Assembly (NCBI GenBank): GCA_042408215.1
Contig: JAYFMW010000030.1
Span: 64,001-128,000 of the forward strand
DNA: 64,000 nt
DNA from: Microcoleus sp.
GTDB lineage: Bacteria > Cyanobacteriota > Cyanobacteriia > Cyanobacteriales > Microcoleaceae
Reading direction: 5' to 3'
Under the pieces are notes generated by a model. The model had not been told where the DNA came from, made no database searches, and saw nothing but the letters and a program-made list of their open reading frames with translations. Each line of letters begins with the position of its first letter. Position 1 is the first letter of the stretch. Made by a program: the position numbers and the translations under genes. Positions 10,301 to 19,798 of the stretch are shown here, piece after piece.

Positions 10301-12350
10301 GGCTAACACTGTCACGATTACGGATTTTAATAACAAGACGGTTAAGTACACTTACAACGACCAAAATCAAGTTGTTGCTAAGCAGTATCAGAATGTTAGC
10401 GGTGCAACTGTTAGCGTTACTTACGCTACAAATGGATTGGAAGAAACTATTACTGACAGTCGGGGTGCGACTGTTTACAAGTACGACGATTTGGGGCAGG
10501 TAATTTCTCGAAAAGACCCGGTTGGTCCTTATCTTGCTAGCGGGAATTCGATCGAATATAAGTATGAATCGGGGCAAGTTAGCGAGGTTAAGACTCCGAC
10601 TCGCACGACTGGCTACACCTATGATTCTGAGGGGCGTTTGAAGACGGTTAGTACGCCGGATATGGGTACGGTGACGTATGATTACGACTCTCTGGGAAAT
10701 CTCTGGAAAACTTCGTATCCGAACAATTTAGTTGAGACTCGTATCTACGATAGTTTGGGTCGTTTGGATTTGGTGAAGAATGTTAAGGTTGACCCGGTTA
10801 CGAAGCTGGAGTTGCAGGTTGTTTCTAGTTACGATTATGCGGTTGATAATGTTGGTAATCGCAGGGAGGTATTAGAAAATAACGGTCGTAAGGTTGAGTA
10901 CAAGTACGATGATTTGAATCGGTTGTTGGAGGAGAAGATTACTAATGACCCTAGTGGGAATAATCGGGTTGTTAGTTATACTTACGATGCTGTGGGGAAT
11001 CGGTTGACTAAGACTGATTCGGTGAGTGGGGTAACTACTTATACTTACAATAGTTTGAATCAACTCTCTACGTCTGTAACTAATGGTTTAACTACTACTT
11101 ATATCTACGATAGTAATGGGAATTTGATTTCGGAGGTGACTGGAAGCAATTCTACTGTTTATCGGTGGGAGAATGATGGTGAGAATCGGTTGATGGGGGT
11201 GACGGTTAATGAGGGTGGAGTTACTCGGAATGTTGGGTATCAATATAATGCTCAAGGAATTCGAGTTGGTAAGGTTGTTGATGGGGTGGAGACTCGGTAT
11301 TTGATTGATGAGTTGCAGCCTTATTCTCAGGTTGTTGAGGAGTACGATGCTGCGGGCAATCCGAAGGGTTCTTATGTCTACGGGTACGATTTGGTTGGGA
11401 AGTTGCAGGGAAGTCAGCCGTCGTTCTATCACGCTGATGGGTTGGGTTCGACTCGGTTGCTGACGAATGGTTTGGGTGGGGTTACTGATAGTTATGCTTA
11501 TGATGCTTATGGCAATTTAATTGCTTCGGCTGGTGCTTCTAATAATGCTTATTTGTTTGCTGGGGAACAGCGGGATGGGGAGACTGGTTTGGATTATTTG
11601 CGGGCGCGGTATTATGACCCGTTGGTGGGGAGGTTTGTTTCTGCTGATGCTTATGAGGGTACGCTGAATGACCCGATGAGTTTGCACGATTATCAGTACG
11701 CTCATGCTAATCCGGTTGTTAATACTGACCCTAGTGGGTATTTTACACTGTCAGAATTTGCAACAATAGGAGCAATTATAGGAGCACTTTCTGGAACATC
11801 TATCGGTGGTTATGCGGGATACGTTAATAATGGAAATAAAATTGGCTGGCCAGTATTTGCATACGCTCTTGCTGGTGGTTTAACAGGACTTGTTTTAGGA
11901 GCTCAAGTAGGAACTCTTATAGGAACACTTTCAGGAGCTACAACAGGACTAGGAAGTGGTGGTGCATTAGGAACTACTATAAAAATGACAGCCAAGTTAG
12001 TTCAACAAATGCGTAGAATAATTTCTAGTAAGTCATTAATTTATAGTGCATCTGGCAAACTAAAAAGTTACTCTGCAATAGCATTTTCTTCAGGAGTAAT
12101 TTCAGGCGGAGTTGCCGGAACATTTACTCCTGATAAGTACAATGATGAAGTTTCAGTAGCTTCCTTATCTACATATAGTGGTGGTAATGCTTTAATTATT
12201 GGTTATAGGTGGCTTCAACAATCCATACTAGGTGTTACCCCCTCTGTCCCCGGAGGAATTGAGTTAGCATCGGTATACATTACAGGCTTTAATCTAGGTT
12301 ATTTTGCTGCTGTTGGAGTACGTAATTTAGTAGAAGGTTCAAAGAATTAG
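4335..12350 (+). CDS. Giant RHS/YD protein, N-terminally truncated: SdrD-B/Cna-like domain with VWA, multiple cadherin-like/putative Ig domains, YD repeats, RHS core, hydrophobic C-terminal tip
   Basis: In-frame VFDDLNGNG from 4335; DVSGS MIDAS motif; repeated NxPPxITS...ATDPDG..L.W.P units; YD repeats; NPVVNTDPSG cleavage motif; Gly-rich hydrophobic tip. Confidence 0.9.
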   Translation, partial: VFDDLNGNGFRDSKLVKGNNPAIVLAIDVSGSTAAPFDGPAGVDNVLKAQVAATLTLIDTLIAQGLGDRINIGLIPHQYTAQIQDMDPATPGVQTYTTPNADKNNNGISDIREILATNTYTIPNGHNDFTKAVQAIDLLVPLMPGDKNVIFMSDGYGALDATVAALVGADLKTKGIGLTAFGIGKYSTLDTIKKLDPDAVILTDIDQLSSVFGGFDPRYTLEPLMENVPVYLDINNNGILDPNEPKQLTKKDDSESNLGKTNYQFTFDNLVPGTYKVRTVAPSGYTQTAPSTSVFTDTVTTAGQTFTHLFGVHKGSQELPNSDPTFLTAAPTTKLKAGESLVYRALASDPDADEVTYGLVLNPDGMSVDPKNGTVVWTPTATQVEEYYKELRATRDRLIAFGRGDSAPQAVKFNVVLRASDGKGGQALQYVEVELIPPNNPPVFTSAAPSKEQPQAGKRFEYRAVAEDADGDNIVYTILPGAPIGAAINATTGLVTWTPTAGQLGTNSFTVKATDSKGSEAKLEVPLRVIEAIPNRPPDITSSPRTVARIGNGYFYKLAATDPDGNPITFTLVSKPAGMTVDAEGLVSWIPTASQTGPIAVSVLASDGFGGSDTQSWTVNVSNSAVNRPPSITSTPDTVTNLERVYRYQLTGTDPEGDYLLWSLDNAPKGMVIDAKTGSLSWQPTPEQIGEQTIAVRVTDAKGSYVGQEFSLKVTGINTPPAIVSVPVTVAGINQTYKYQVIGTDPENDALRYSLGTKPSGMKIDQKTGLIEWTPATNAVGSLEVEVLATDTQGAVGNQRFAVSVGTTAINQPPTVVSSPVFAASLGSAYTYTVQATDPDGNALTYQLLKAPMGMAINPTTGLLTWANPIAGNHQIVVGAVDAGGLGAAQGFTLTARANSTPVIPNIPPQQVASGQPYRYDLKANDAEGDLLSYSLLQSPTGMTVDEFGRISWVPKSNDVGTTKPVQIAVIDTFGKTVTVSYNLSVVADTVAPKVNLIASKNAANVGESVTFTVNAVDNVKVESLGLTINGTPVVIDAQGKATVKLNNSTPITAVATAKDAAGNVGNATQTVAAIDPTDVNAPVINIALEDDAEITAPFNITGTISDSNLAYYTLEVAPVGGGQIPGDGGGFKEVYRGTAAVSNGTVATFDPTILANGAYVLKFTAFDANGNGSTTERTVNVAGDLKLGNFRLSFTDLSVPVAGIPINVTRTYDSLNANSSDDFGYGWRMEFRDTDLKTSLKADPTFEELGINTVPFDSKTKVFITLPGGKRETFTFKPTPHHLNQYLGGAGPGAQMFKPAFESQKGSTMTLTVKDANLVRNENGYYGVNAQPFNPENPAFGGVYVLTTKEGLVYEIDAKSGDLLTATDANGNKLTFSDAGIASSTGKSVTFERDVAGRIVGVVDPDGKKVKYEYDAKGDLVAVKDRENNTTTFKYEDEDRPHFLTEVIDSLGRSGVKTEYDDSGRLKQMVDANGSAVELVYDPNNSIQKVKDVFGKETTYVYDSRGNVLTEIDPLGKRVDRTFDGDNNVLTETVITTELNAAGTSVEVRSKTEWTYDAKGNKLSEKDPLGNITRWTYNSRGQVLTETDALGNSASYTYSPSGNLLSTKDAKGNVTRYSYDTRGNILTITDATNNTTNFQYNAAGDVTNLQDSSGNKATYIYDSNGNMLRETMTVLTPTGPQEFVTEWTYNNEGQIKSVTQGGSTVTYEYEAGRQSARIENNLRTEYRYNSQGKLVETIYPDDTPSNSDNSRTITVYDKGGRQRATIDRDGRVTHYKYDDAGRLTETIYPNETANQVQQLLNAISPGQTPQSVDWTNIVYPDSTPAYLTSNSRTKTEYYKTGEVKAEIDVSGNRTEYEYDAAGRVSLTRFDATNYITYTYDAVGNKISETVFAGGISTTTTYDSKGQVTATTDPNGKTTQFEYDAEGQLKTVVDALLHRTEYAYDSAGNLTSVKDALGQVTAYEYDDKGRRKAVIRSDNKRSTFVYDDVANTVTITDFNNKTVKYTYNDQNQVVAKQYQNVSGATVSVTYATNGLEETITDSRGATVYKYDDLGQVISRKDPVGPYLASGNSIEYKYESGQVSEVKTPTRTTGYTYDSEGRLKTVSTPDMGTVTYDYDSLGNLWKTSYPNNLVETRIYDSLGRLDLVKNVKVDPVTKLELQVVSSYDYAVDNVGNRREVLENNGRKVEYKYDDLNRLLEEKITNDPSGNNRVVSYTYDAVGNRLTKTDSVSGVTTYTYNSLNQLSTSVTNGLTTTYIYDSNGNLISEVTGSNSTVYRWENDGENRLMGVTVNEGGVTRNVGYQYNAQGIRVGKVVDGVETRYLIDELQPYSQVVEEYDAAGNPKGSYVYGYDLVGKLQGSQPSFYHADGLGSTRLLTNGLGGVTDSYAYDAYGNLIASAGASNNAYLFAGEQRDGETGLDYLRARYYDPLVGRFVSADAYEGTLNDPMSLHDYQYAHANPVVNTDPSGYFTLSEFATIGAIIGALSGTSIGGYAGYVNNGNKIGWPVFAYALAGGLTGLVLGAQVGTLIGTLSGATTGLGSGGALGTTIKMTAKLVQQMRRIISSKSLIYSASGKLKSYSAIAFSSGVISGGVAGTFTPDKYNDEVSVASLSTYSGGNALIIGYRWLQQSILGVTPSVPGGIELASVYITGFNLGYFAAVGVRNLVEGSKN

Positions 12351-12351
12351 A

Positions 12352-12819
12352 ATGTTATTTCAATTTATCAAAAATCAACATCAAAGTGTCAAGCAACTTT
12401 TAGGGTTTATGACCAATCAGCATTTTGAGGAAGATCGCAGAGTTTTCTTAGAGAGCAATCCTTCTCAGTCAGAATCAGATTTTATTATAATTTGCTTTCA
12501 GGAACCTTGCAGTAAACAACAAGAGGTAGCACTTGCTATTCGTCGTGCAATTGCCCTACTTGGAAATATTGAAAGTGAATTTATTCGAGCCGAAGTTTCT
12601 TTTGAGGATCTAGATTTACTTTCATTTTGGAATTTGTGTGGGGAGGCTGGATTTAATACGACAAAATTTATTGAAACCATTCAATCAGAACTTCATGTTC
12701 AACTTCTAGAAGAACAACTTGAACAAGCATTTGTTCGAGACCCCGACCTAAACACACACATGAAAATTTATGAATTCATAAATGAGTTTTATTCCTGGTA
12801 TAAAATGATCAGTATTTAG
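12352..12819 (+). CDS. Putative immunity protein for the second RHS
   Basis: Starts 1 nt after the RHS stop; AT-rich; 155 aa. Confidence 0.6.
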   Translation: MLFQFIKNQHQSVKQLLGFMTNQHFEEDRRVFLESNPSQSESDFIIICFQEPCSKQQEVALAIRRAIALLGNIESEFIRAEVSFEDLDLLSFWNLCGEAGFNTTKFIETIQSELHVQLLEEQLEQAFVRDPDLNTHMKIYEFINEFYSWYKMISI

Positions 12820-13025
12820 TGTCAACAAATACCTACAATTACTTTAATCATAGTATTATCTAAGATGAGAAAATTTAGAATAAAAGATGCTACAATTTTT
12901 ATTACTATGCTTCCTCCAAGTAAATAATCAGCTAGCATGGGATGCTGCTTGTTACTACTCTTTTCTCCTGTACAAAAGCCCCCCAGTTAGTATAAAATGT
13001 AAATAACTACCCCCCATAAACAACC

Positions 13026-13733
13026 ATGACACCTACAGTAACCATCCAAGAACTAGCCTTAGCCCTAACAGCCAAAAACCACTCTCCCACGCTCCTCAAC
13101 TCGGACTTCCTCAAATACAGCGACATCGTCCCCCCCGACTGGGAACTCGCCCGCCCCCCCATTTTCAGCCCCCAAATCTCTCAAATAGCCTTCACCAACG
13201 GCATCAATATCGTCGCCCAATCGAACGCCATCACTTTCATCGAATCCCTGAGTACAAAGTCACAAGAAGATGTAAAAATTCCCGACATTATCCGCAAATA
13301 CGTTGAAGCGCTACCCCGCACCGACTATCAAAATTTGAGCATCAATCCGAGAAGTTTTGTCACCTTTGAAGGGGGAGATGAAAATGCGGCCCGCGAGTTC
13401 ATCACCTCCACTTTACTCTCGAAAGGCACTTGGTCTGATGTGGGGAAAGCTCCCGTCAAAGCTGCGGTTAATTTAGTTTACTCTCTGGAACAAGGAGAAC
13501 TTAACTTGAGCTTTGCCGAAGCATTGCTGCAACTTCAAGATGCAGAACCGACTCCGGCTGTCTTGTTTTCGGGAAGCTTCCAGTACGAAATTGCAGGAGA
13601 ATTAGAAGGAGAAAAACTGCAACATTTGTACAAGCTTTTGGAAAATTGGCAGCCGGATTTAGAAGCTTACCGGGAAATTGTCAACGTGCGGTTTTTGGGG
13701 AAAGAAGTTGAACAGTTACCGTCTGCCGCGTAA
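13026..13733 (+). CDS. Conserved hypothetical protein (RHS-locus associated, intact copy)
   Basis: 235-aa ORF, duplicated at 3724. Confidence 0.8.
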   Translation: MTPTVTIQELALALTAKNHSPTLLNSDFLKYSDIVPPDWELARPPIFSPQISQIAFTNGINIVAQSNAITFIESLSTKSQEDVKIPDIIRKYVEALPRTDYQNLSINPRSFVTFEGGDENAAREFITSTLLSKGTWSDVGKAPVKAAVNLVYSLEQGELNLSFAEALLQLQDAEPTPAVLFSGSFQYEIAGELEGEKLQHLYKLLENWQPDLEAYREIVNVRFLGKEVEQLPSAA

Positions 13734-13748
13734 AGGATAAGATTGTGG

Positions 13749-13792
13749 GGGCGATCGCACGACGCAAACAAATTCTAGTTGTGCGATCGCCC
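13749..13792. terminator. HIP1-containing inverted repeat between convergent genes
   Basis: GGGCGATCGCAC...GTGCGATCGCCC arms. Confidence 0.45.
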
Positions 13793-13908
13793 GAACGAGG
13801 GGTGACTGAATAATTCGTAATTAAAGGTACAAGCTAATGGCCCAATAATTCGGAATTAAAGAAACCGATCGCTAATTACGAATTTAGTGCCAGTAAACAA
13901 GAGCCTCA

Positions 13909-14230
13909 TTATAAAGCCTGCTCGATCGCCCGCCGCGCCAATTCCACCTGTTCCACAGCATCCAGATAAGCTAGCGCTGCTGCATCCCAAACCACTTTTC
14001 TCTGCATCCTGTTCAAGACGATTTTCCCAAACTCGTACACCGTGTCGAAGCTTTGCAGCCTGAGAATTCGCTCAGCTATTGAGCAAAAACTCGGCGTTGG
14101 GTTCAATATCGCCACCACATCCGAGTGAAGGAGCGACACCACCTCTGAACCCATATCGACTTTCAAAGTCGCTCCAACCTCCACAATCCGGCCCCAAAAT
14201 CCATTCCACTTCCTTTCCGCTATTTTTTCT
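13909..14230 (-). pseudogene. Hypothetical protein fragment
   Basis: Frame extends upstream of 14184 (ERKWNGFWGRIVEVG) without a clear start. Confidence 0.35.
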
Positions 14231-14907
14231 TTAGGAATAAAAGGGATTTTGACAATAACCCCAGAAAGAGCGCTTTACGTCAAGTAGGCTAGCTGGCTTC
14301 TATTCTTTGATGGCAAACAAAATCTGGCTTAATCGCTTTCTGGACAATCGGAGGCGCTTGTTGCAACTCACTCCCCGCTTATTGCTATTTAGCTGACTCG
14401 AATTCTCGGGAAAGTTGATAATCGGCAAGGTGGCGATCGCGTCCATGAGGTCTCTGAAGGTAACAGGTTCAAGGGCTGTCATAACACCGCGCCACCAAGA
14501 AAATTATTAGTAACTCATCTAATTATACTATTGTTTGATTCTACCTGCAACCTTTTTTACTGGCTGGTTATATTCTGAAGAACAAGTCATCAATATTCTC
14601 CAATAGTTCTTCTACTTCCCGGTGTGGTTCGATTTGGAGACGTTTGTCGATCCTCGCACCTGGCTGACGAAAGCAACTACACCTTTACTATACAAGTCTG
14701 CTGCAACCGGACTTGATATCAACGCGATTGGGCGGTATCTCAAAAAACTGATAGCCTAGCCAGAGTTGGGCTTTGAGAATAGTTCGTCAAATATAGATTC
14801 CAATTGATTGATTTAAGGAAATATCGCGCTGCAATTTCTTTATCAAGAAATTGGCATAAAAACCTATCAAAACAAATCTGTTACAGTCGATGCACAGTTG
14901 AGAACTC

Positions 14908-15246
14908 ATGTCAATCTCAAAAGGAAAGCGAGATTTGATTTCGGGCCTGCCACTAAAACAGTTGAAGGATATACCACCTTCAACTGAGTTGCCTGCAAAT
15001 TTTGCCCAAATTCATCCCCCGCGCTTTGAGTGTGGCGAGATGGTGCGCTGGACTGATGTTGGTGAAGAAGGTGACTGGGGAATAGTTATCGGCAAATTTT
15101 ACAACTACGAACAGCGCCGTTGCTGTTGGATGTGGTGCTACATAATTTGGCTGGCTCCTGATTCCAAGAGTACAGCTTGGTGTCACTTTGACACGGCGTG
15201 GGAGGAAGATTTAGAGAGGTATGAGGTTGACATTCAAGCGGGCTGA
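14908..15246 (+). CDS. Hypothetical protein whose 3' end is interrupted by the IS605 element at 15226/15227
   Basis: 112-aa ORF; the last codons lie inside the IS right end. Confidence 0.7.
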   Translation: MSISKGKRDLISGLPLKQLKDIPPSTELPANFAQIHPPRFECGEMVRWTDVGEEGDWGIVIGKFYNYEQRRCCWMWCYIIWLAPDSKSTAWCHFDTAWEEDLERYEVDIQAG

Positions 15247-15286
15247 AGCCACTGAGATTCTGCTGACAGAATAGCTTTAGTTATTA

Positions 15287-16564
15287 CTAAAGTCTGATTC
15301 TCGCTACGGTGGCCAAACACCGTCTACCCAGTCGGTTAAGTTTTACACCTAGCTTACTGGCTACTTTTCTAAGAATATTAGCCGACCCATTTAGGTCTGC
15401 ATTGATTACAATCCCATTAGCAGAACGATATAATCCACGCTTGATTCGTTTTCCAGATGCTTTCCACTCAGGCGGTTTTTCACCGTATCTGGGTAGGGAG
15501 TCTCCATCAAGAAAACTACTCTTTGATGTATAGGCTTCTTCTGTTTCGGTAAACTTAATGCCGTGTAGATTGCAAAGCTGCTTTAAGCGTTCTTTCAACT
15601 TTCCTAGAGGCATTTGAACAAACTTTTGATTATTCAGTTTGCCCATGTCAACATTGGATTTAAAACCTTGATTCCATCCAATTACTAGATTGCCGATACC
15701 ATGCTTTAAACAGTGGTCAACGATTAACTTTGCAGCTTTGTTGACACCATCACGCATTTGGTGATTGCGTTGACGGGTTACACGGTCTAACCAACTATCC
15801 CAATAACCTGCGGGTTTTCCTTCCTTTCTAGTTGCTACTTTCTTGTTCCATAACTGATTCATCGCCTTCATAGCGCGAGCATCAATCAAGAAAGAATTTC
15901 CTAGCGTATCAACGCAAGCTCCTAAATTGTCAGCAGTTCCCAAATCGATTGATAAAGCTTGGCTGCGATCTAAATCGTGCTGCTGCAATTCTACTTCGTA
16001 AGACATTTCCAAGTAGAAAGCACCATTCTTAGGAAGGATTGTAAATTCTTTAACCTTTGAATAGTCAATATTTGACGGCATGGGCAGAAAGAATTCAGAA
16101 ATCCCAAACCAGCGCCTAACTGTCAAACCCAAAGAAAATCTTAACTGGTTGCCGACAAGTGCTGGCTTTAATCCTCCAGAATTTGGGTAAGCAACTTTGA
16201 ACAAGTTAGAGCCTTTTAAATACCCCGGAGGTTTAGGTCTAAAATGCAATTGACCTTCATTGTATAAAGCTTTTAGCTCTTTGAAGCTCTTAAACGCTTC
16301 CGTGACCGACATCAAAGTTTGCTGCATGGGTGTTGAAGGCAACGACTTCGCAACCATCGACTTTGCGATTGACGGTTCAAAGGATAAATCGAACTTCCCT
16401 GTGAGCAACTTTCCAGTTTTGAAAAATGTTTGTCGAGCAAAATAGACAGCGCTATTGTAGAGCTTTCCCGATTGCCGACAAAGATAGTGCAATACTGCCT
16501 CAACTTCTTTGGTGGGAGACAGTAATACTTGCTGCACTCCCATTGTTTTTTTTAATTTAGCCAC
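15287..16564 (-). CDS. tnpB: RNA-guided endonuclease TnpB
   Basis: LYNSAVY, SIDLG (RuvC-I), EEAYTSK, NADLNGSANI (RuvC-III); start probably GTG 16564 or ATG 16543. Confidence 0.92.
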   Translation of the reverse strand: MAKLKKTMGVQQVLLSPTKEVEAVLHYLCRQSGKLYNSAVYFARQTFFKTGKLLTGKFDLSFEPSIAKSMVAKSLPSTPMQQTLMSVTEAFKSFKELKALYNEGQLHFRPKPPGYLKGSNLFKVAYPNSGGLKPALVGNQLRFSLGLTVRRWFGISEFFLPMPSNIDYSKVKEFTILPKNGAFYLEMSYEVELQQHDLDRSQALSIDLGTADNLGACVDTLGNSFLIDARAMKAMNQLWNKKVATRKEGKPAGYWDSWLDRVTRQRNHQMRDGVNKAAKLIVDHCLKHGIGNLVIGWNQGFKSNVDMGKLNNQKFVQMPLGKLKERLKQLCNLHGIKFTETEEAYTSKSSFLDGDSLPRYGEKPPEWKASGKRIKRGLYRSANGIVINADLNGSANILRKVASKLGVKLNRLGRRCLATVARIRL

Positions 16565-16602
16565 CTCTTTTTCCTGAAAATTAGTGGATTTGTTTAGTTT
16601 AG

Positions 16603-16827
16603 GTGAGTATAGTGGACGAGTCAAGCCACAACAACAAAACTTTATGTTACCTCTTCCAGAATATCAAACCCATAACCACGTCAAACTTTCCAGAATTAAA
16701 AAAGTTGCCGTCTTTGTGGACGAGCGGCTATTTTGTTAGTACCGCAGGCAATATTAGTAGTGAAGCTGTTAAGAGATACACAGAAGATTCACATCGCTCT
16801 GTAAATCAAGAAAGACACGGGGATTGA
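16603..16827 (+). pseudogene. tnpA: IS200-type TnpA remnant (internal deletion, HUH motif absent)
   Basis: FPELKKLPSLWTSGYFVSTAGNISSEAVKRY matches the TnpA C-terminus. Confidence 0.8.
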
Positions 16828-16894
16828 AATCCTCGCGTCGCTTTCCACGAGCGGGCTAAAGCCGCGCTCGTTTCCCGCTTCCCGTATTGTTTTT

Positions 16895-17209
16895 ATGAAA
16901 AAGCCGCATACTTTGACAGATAGAGAACGCAATTTGATTGCAATTTACAGCCAATGCCAATTGGGAATGACGCCGAAACAGTTTTATGTCAAGTGGGGGG
17001 TAAGTTACGAGCAAATTGCCTCCATTTGTTCCCGCTCTGATTCGACGGTACAGGGTTGGTTTAAACGCGGAAAAAATCGAAGATTTCCTACTGCTGTTGA
17101 TTTGCGCCATTTGGCAGTAATGGATTTTCTGCTGGAACACTTTGAGGAGATTCCCGACGTACTGGCGAACTTGCTGTGTCCGCATTCCGAAGATAAGAAG
17201 GTGCGTTAG
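16895..17209 (+). CDS. Helix-turn-helix domain protein
   Basis: VSYEQIASICSRSDSTVQGWF HTH pattern. Confidence 0.75.
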   Translation: MKKPHTLTDRERNLIAIYSQCQLGMTPKQFYVKWGVSYEQIASICSRSDSTVQGWFKRGKNRRFPTAVDLRHLAVMDFLLEHFEEIPDVLANLLCPHSEDKKVR

Positions 17210-17352
17210 AAAAGAATTTGAGCGGTTGAAATCACAAACCTAATTAATTGTCAAGGTCAGCGTGACCTGTCTTGAAGAATATTCTCTCAACTAGCGTAAT
17301 GGCAAGCAAGGAAAAAAGAACGCAACCTATTACTGTCGCTGGTGAGGTTAAA

Positions 17353-19683
17353 ATGACTTATTTTGAGAGATTGCATCCGTGGTGCATCATTAAGCTGCTT
17401 CCTAATTGTCAGCGTATTGTTGTGGCGCGATTTCGCAGGAGGAGGGATGGTGCGATTCGTTGAAACGTGAATCACGGTGAAAGCCCGTACATAGCGTTTC
17501 CAGCCACAAGGCTGAACTCTCGGTCGGATAAGGGTGCAAGTCCTTTCTGCCAGACTCAGGTATGACTCCCTATCTGCCCACACCGACCAAGCTCGATTCT
17601 TGGAGAGTGAAGCTGGGAACAGGGCGCAATCAGACATCCAATGTGGGGTGACTCTGGCGCTAATGGGGAGTTCCGATGGTGAAACAGTGCCTAGAAAAGT
17701 AACTTACCTCCGAGCGGGACACAGACCATTAATCCCGACTCCACTGGAGCTTATTCCCGCCGAATTATTATCCTAATATCGGCAAGAGTCTAGGGGATTC
17801 AGTAGTTAAAGTGGCTCCACCTAAAGGAACTAACAATCTAACCGAGGGAACGAAGAAAAACGAACTGAGGGTCAAGGGGAAGTCGACCCCTTTCGTAGGC
17901 TAGACGAGCAGCGGAACCCCCTCGGTTCGGGTAGGACAGACCGTAACTGGTCTGAGGTGTTCAGAAAACATAAGTTAGAGCAGCGCATGATTAGACACAG
18001 CAGCAATGTTAGTGAATCCTGGAAGACGTTACCTTGGAAGAAATTCCGAAGGGACTTATTTCGCCTACAAAAACGAGTGTTTAAAGCGATTCAGGTTGGA
18101 GACAAGCCAAAAGCGAAGTCCCTTCAAAAGCTAATTCTGAAATCTTGGGCTGCAAGAATGTTAGCGATACGTCAAGTAACTCAACTAAACGCTGGCAAAA
18201 AGACTGCGGGAATCGATGGGAAAGCCTCACTGACATTTGAGGAAAGGCTTGCTCTGAGTGAAGAACTCAGAGTCAAAAGTAACAACTGGAAACACCAGAA
18301 ATTACGTTCAATACCAATCCCCAAAAAGGATGGGAGTACCCGCCTCCTCAAGATACCGACTATCGCCGATAGAGCGTGGCAATGCCTCGCAAAATACGCG
18401 CTAGAGCCAGCACATGAAGCAACTTTCCACGCCCGGAGTTATGGGTTTAGAACAGGAAGGTCGGCCCATGACGCGCAGAAAGTTCTATTCAACAATCTAC
18501 GCTCTATGAGTAATGGAATAGAGAAACGGGTTATCGAACTCGATATCGAAAAATGCTTCGATAGGATAAGCCACACCAGCATAATGGAACGACTCATCGC
18601 CCCAAGAGGCATCAAGACCGGAATATTCCGCTGTCTAAAATCAGGAGTGAATCCAGGATTTCCCGAACAAGGAACCCCGCAAGGGGGCGTGGTAAGTCCC
18701 TTACTCGCCAATATTGCTCTCAATGGAATTGAGGAAATACATCAATCAGTCCGATACGCGGATGACATGGTAATAATTCTGAAGCCTAAAGATGACGCAG
18801 TGACAATACTTGATAAAGTCAGCGAATTTCTAGCAGAACGAGGGATGAAGGTTAGTGAAAAGAAAACCAAGCTAACAGCTACGACAGATGGGTTTGACTT
18901 CCTAGGTTGGCATTTCAAAGTGCTTTCGCAACGGGAAATTTAGATGCGTTCCATCAGCGGACAATTTTAAGGCGTTCCGTCAGAAGGTAAAACACATCGT
19001 CAACAACTCGAATTATGGTGCCACGCTCAAGGCTGAGAAATTAGCCTCTGTGGTTAGAGGTTGGAGAAATTACCACCGCTACTGTAAATTGGATGGGTCG
19101 CGGTTTTCACTGTGGTTCATCCGAAATAGAGCCTTTAAGGTATTCAACAAGGAAGCAAAACAGAATCGCTATACTGTCGAGAAATTGACAGAAAAAGCGT
19201 TTCCGGCGGTTCCTTTCTCCGAAAACAAATTTGTCAACGTCAAAGGAGAGAAATCTCCCTACGACGGAGATTTAGCTTACTGGAGTGAGCGTAACAGCAA
19301 ACTCTATGATGGCAAAACCTCTAAAGCTTTAAAACGGCAAAATCATAAATGTGTGAAATGTGGCTTAAAAATGCTAGGCGACGAAAAGGTACATCTGCAT
19401 CACGTAGATGGAAACCATACTAACTCGAAAACTAATAACCTCTTAGCGGTTCACGAAAGCTGCCACGATTATCTACACATGAGCAAAGGCGCAAGCCAAG
19501 AACATCGGGAGCCGGATGCGGGGAAACCAGCACGTCCGGATCTAACTGAGAGGGGCGGGGAATAATATCCCCCCTCGACTCAACCCAGACGATCATTTTC
19601 GGGTTTTGCAACGGTTTGTCAAAGAATTCACATTTGTGATTGTTTTTGACATTCCACCAAAGCCTACTTTGCCTAAAGAATAA
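17353..19683 (+). CDS. Small hypothetical protein (~64 aa) split by the group II intron; exons 17353-17449 and ~19586-19683
   Basis: Joining gives MTYFERLHPWCIIKLLPNCQRIVVARFRRRRDADDHFRVLQRFVKEFTFVIVFDIPPKPTLPKE. Confidence 0.7.
17450..19585 (+). mobile_element. Group II intron (IIB/chloroplast-like class inferred)
   Basis: 5' GTGCG at 17450; domain V GAGCCGGATGCGGGGAAACCAGCACGTCCGGATC at 19509-19542; domain VI with bulged A19578; 3' end at 19584 or 19585. Confidence 0.92.
17987..19565 (+). pseudogene. Intron-encoded RT/maturase/HNH protein, frameshifted near 18925
   Basis: RT motifs GTPQGGVVSPLLANIAL, RYADD, GFDFLG; the other frame continues NGKFRCVPS...RGWRNY...HLHHVDGNH; one extra base at the junction. 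Confidence 0.88.
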
Positions 19684-19754
19684 CGACGCAGCTCTATGTG
19701 AAATCGAATTAATCGATATAGCTGCGGTAGATTAATATATCCGCTTTCGGGCGA

Positions 19755-19798
19755 ATTACCCCAGCTACAGCTCCTACTGATAGCTGGGGTAATTTTTT
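19755..19798 (+). terminator. Rho-independent terminator
   Basis: AATTACCCCAGCTA...TAGCTGGGGTAATT followed by a T-run. Confidence 0.65.

Larger units (their letters stand above)
15227..16885 (-). mobile_element. IS200/IS605-family element with divergent tnpB and remnant tnpA
   Basis: Right end GGCTTCAGCCCGCTTGAATGTCAA (minus strand, ends TCAA at 15227); subterminal hairpins at 16810-16885; left boundary uncertain by 1-2 nt. Confidence 0.85.

Noticed and set aside
550..11705. Numerous minus-strand ORFs over the RHS genes
   Set aside because: Antisense shadows caused by codon bias; no recognisable motifs
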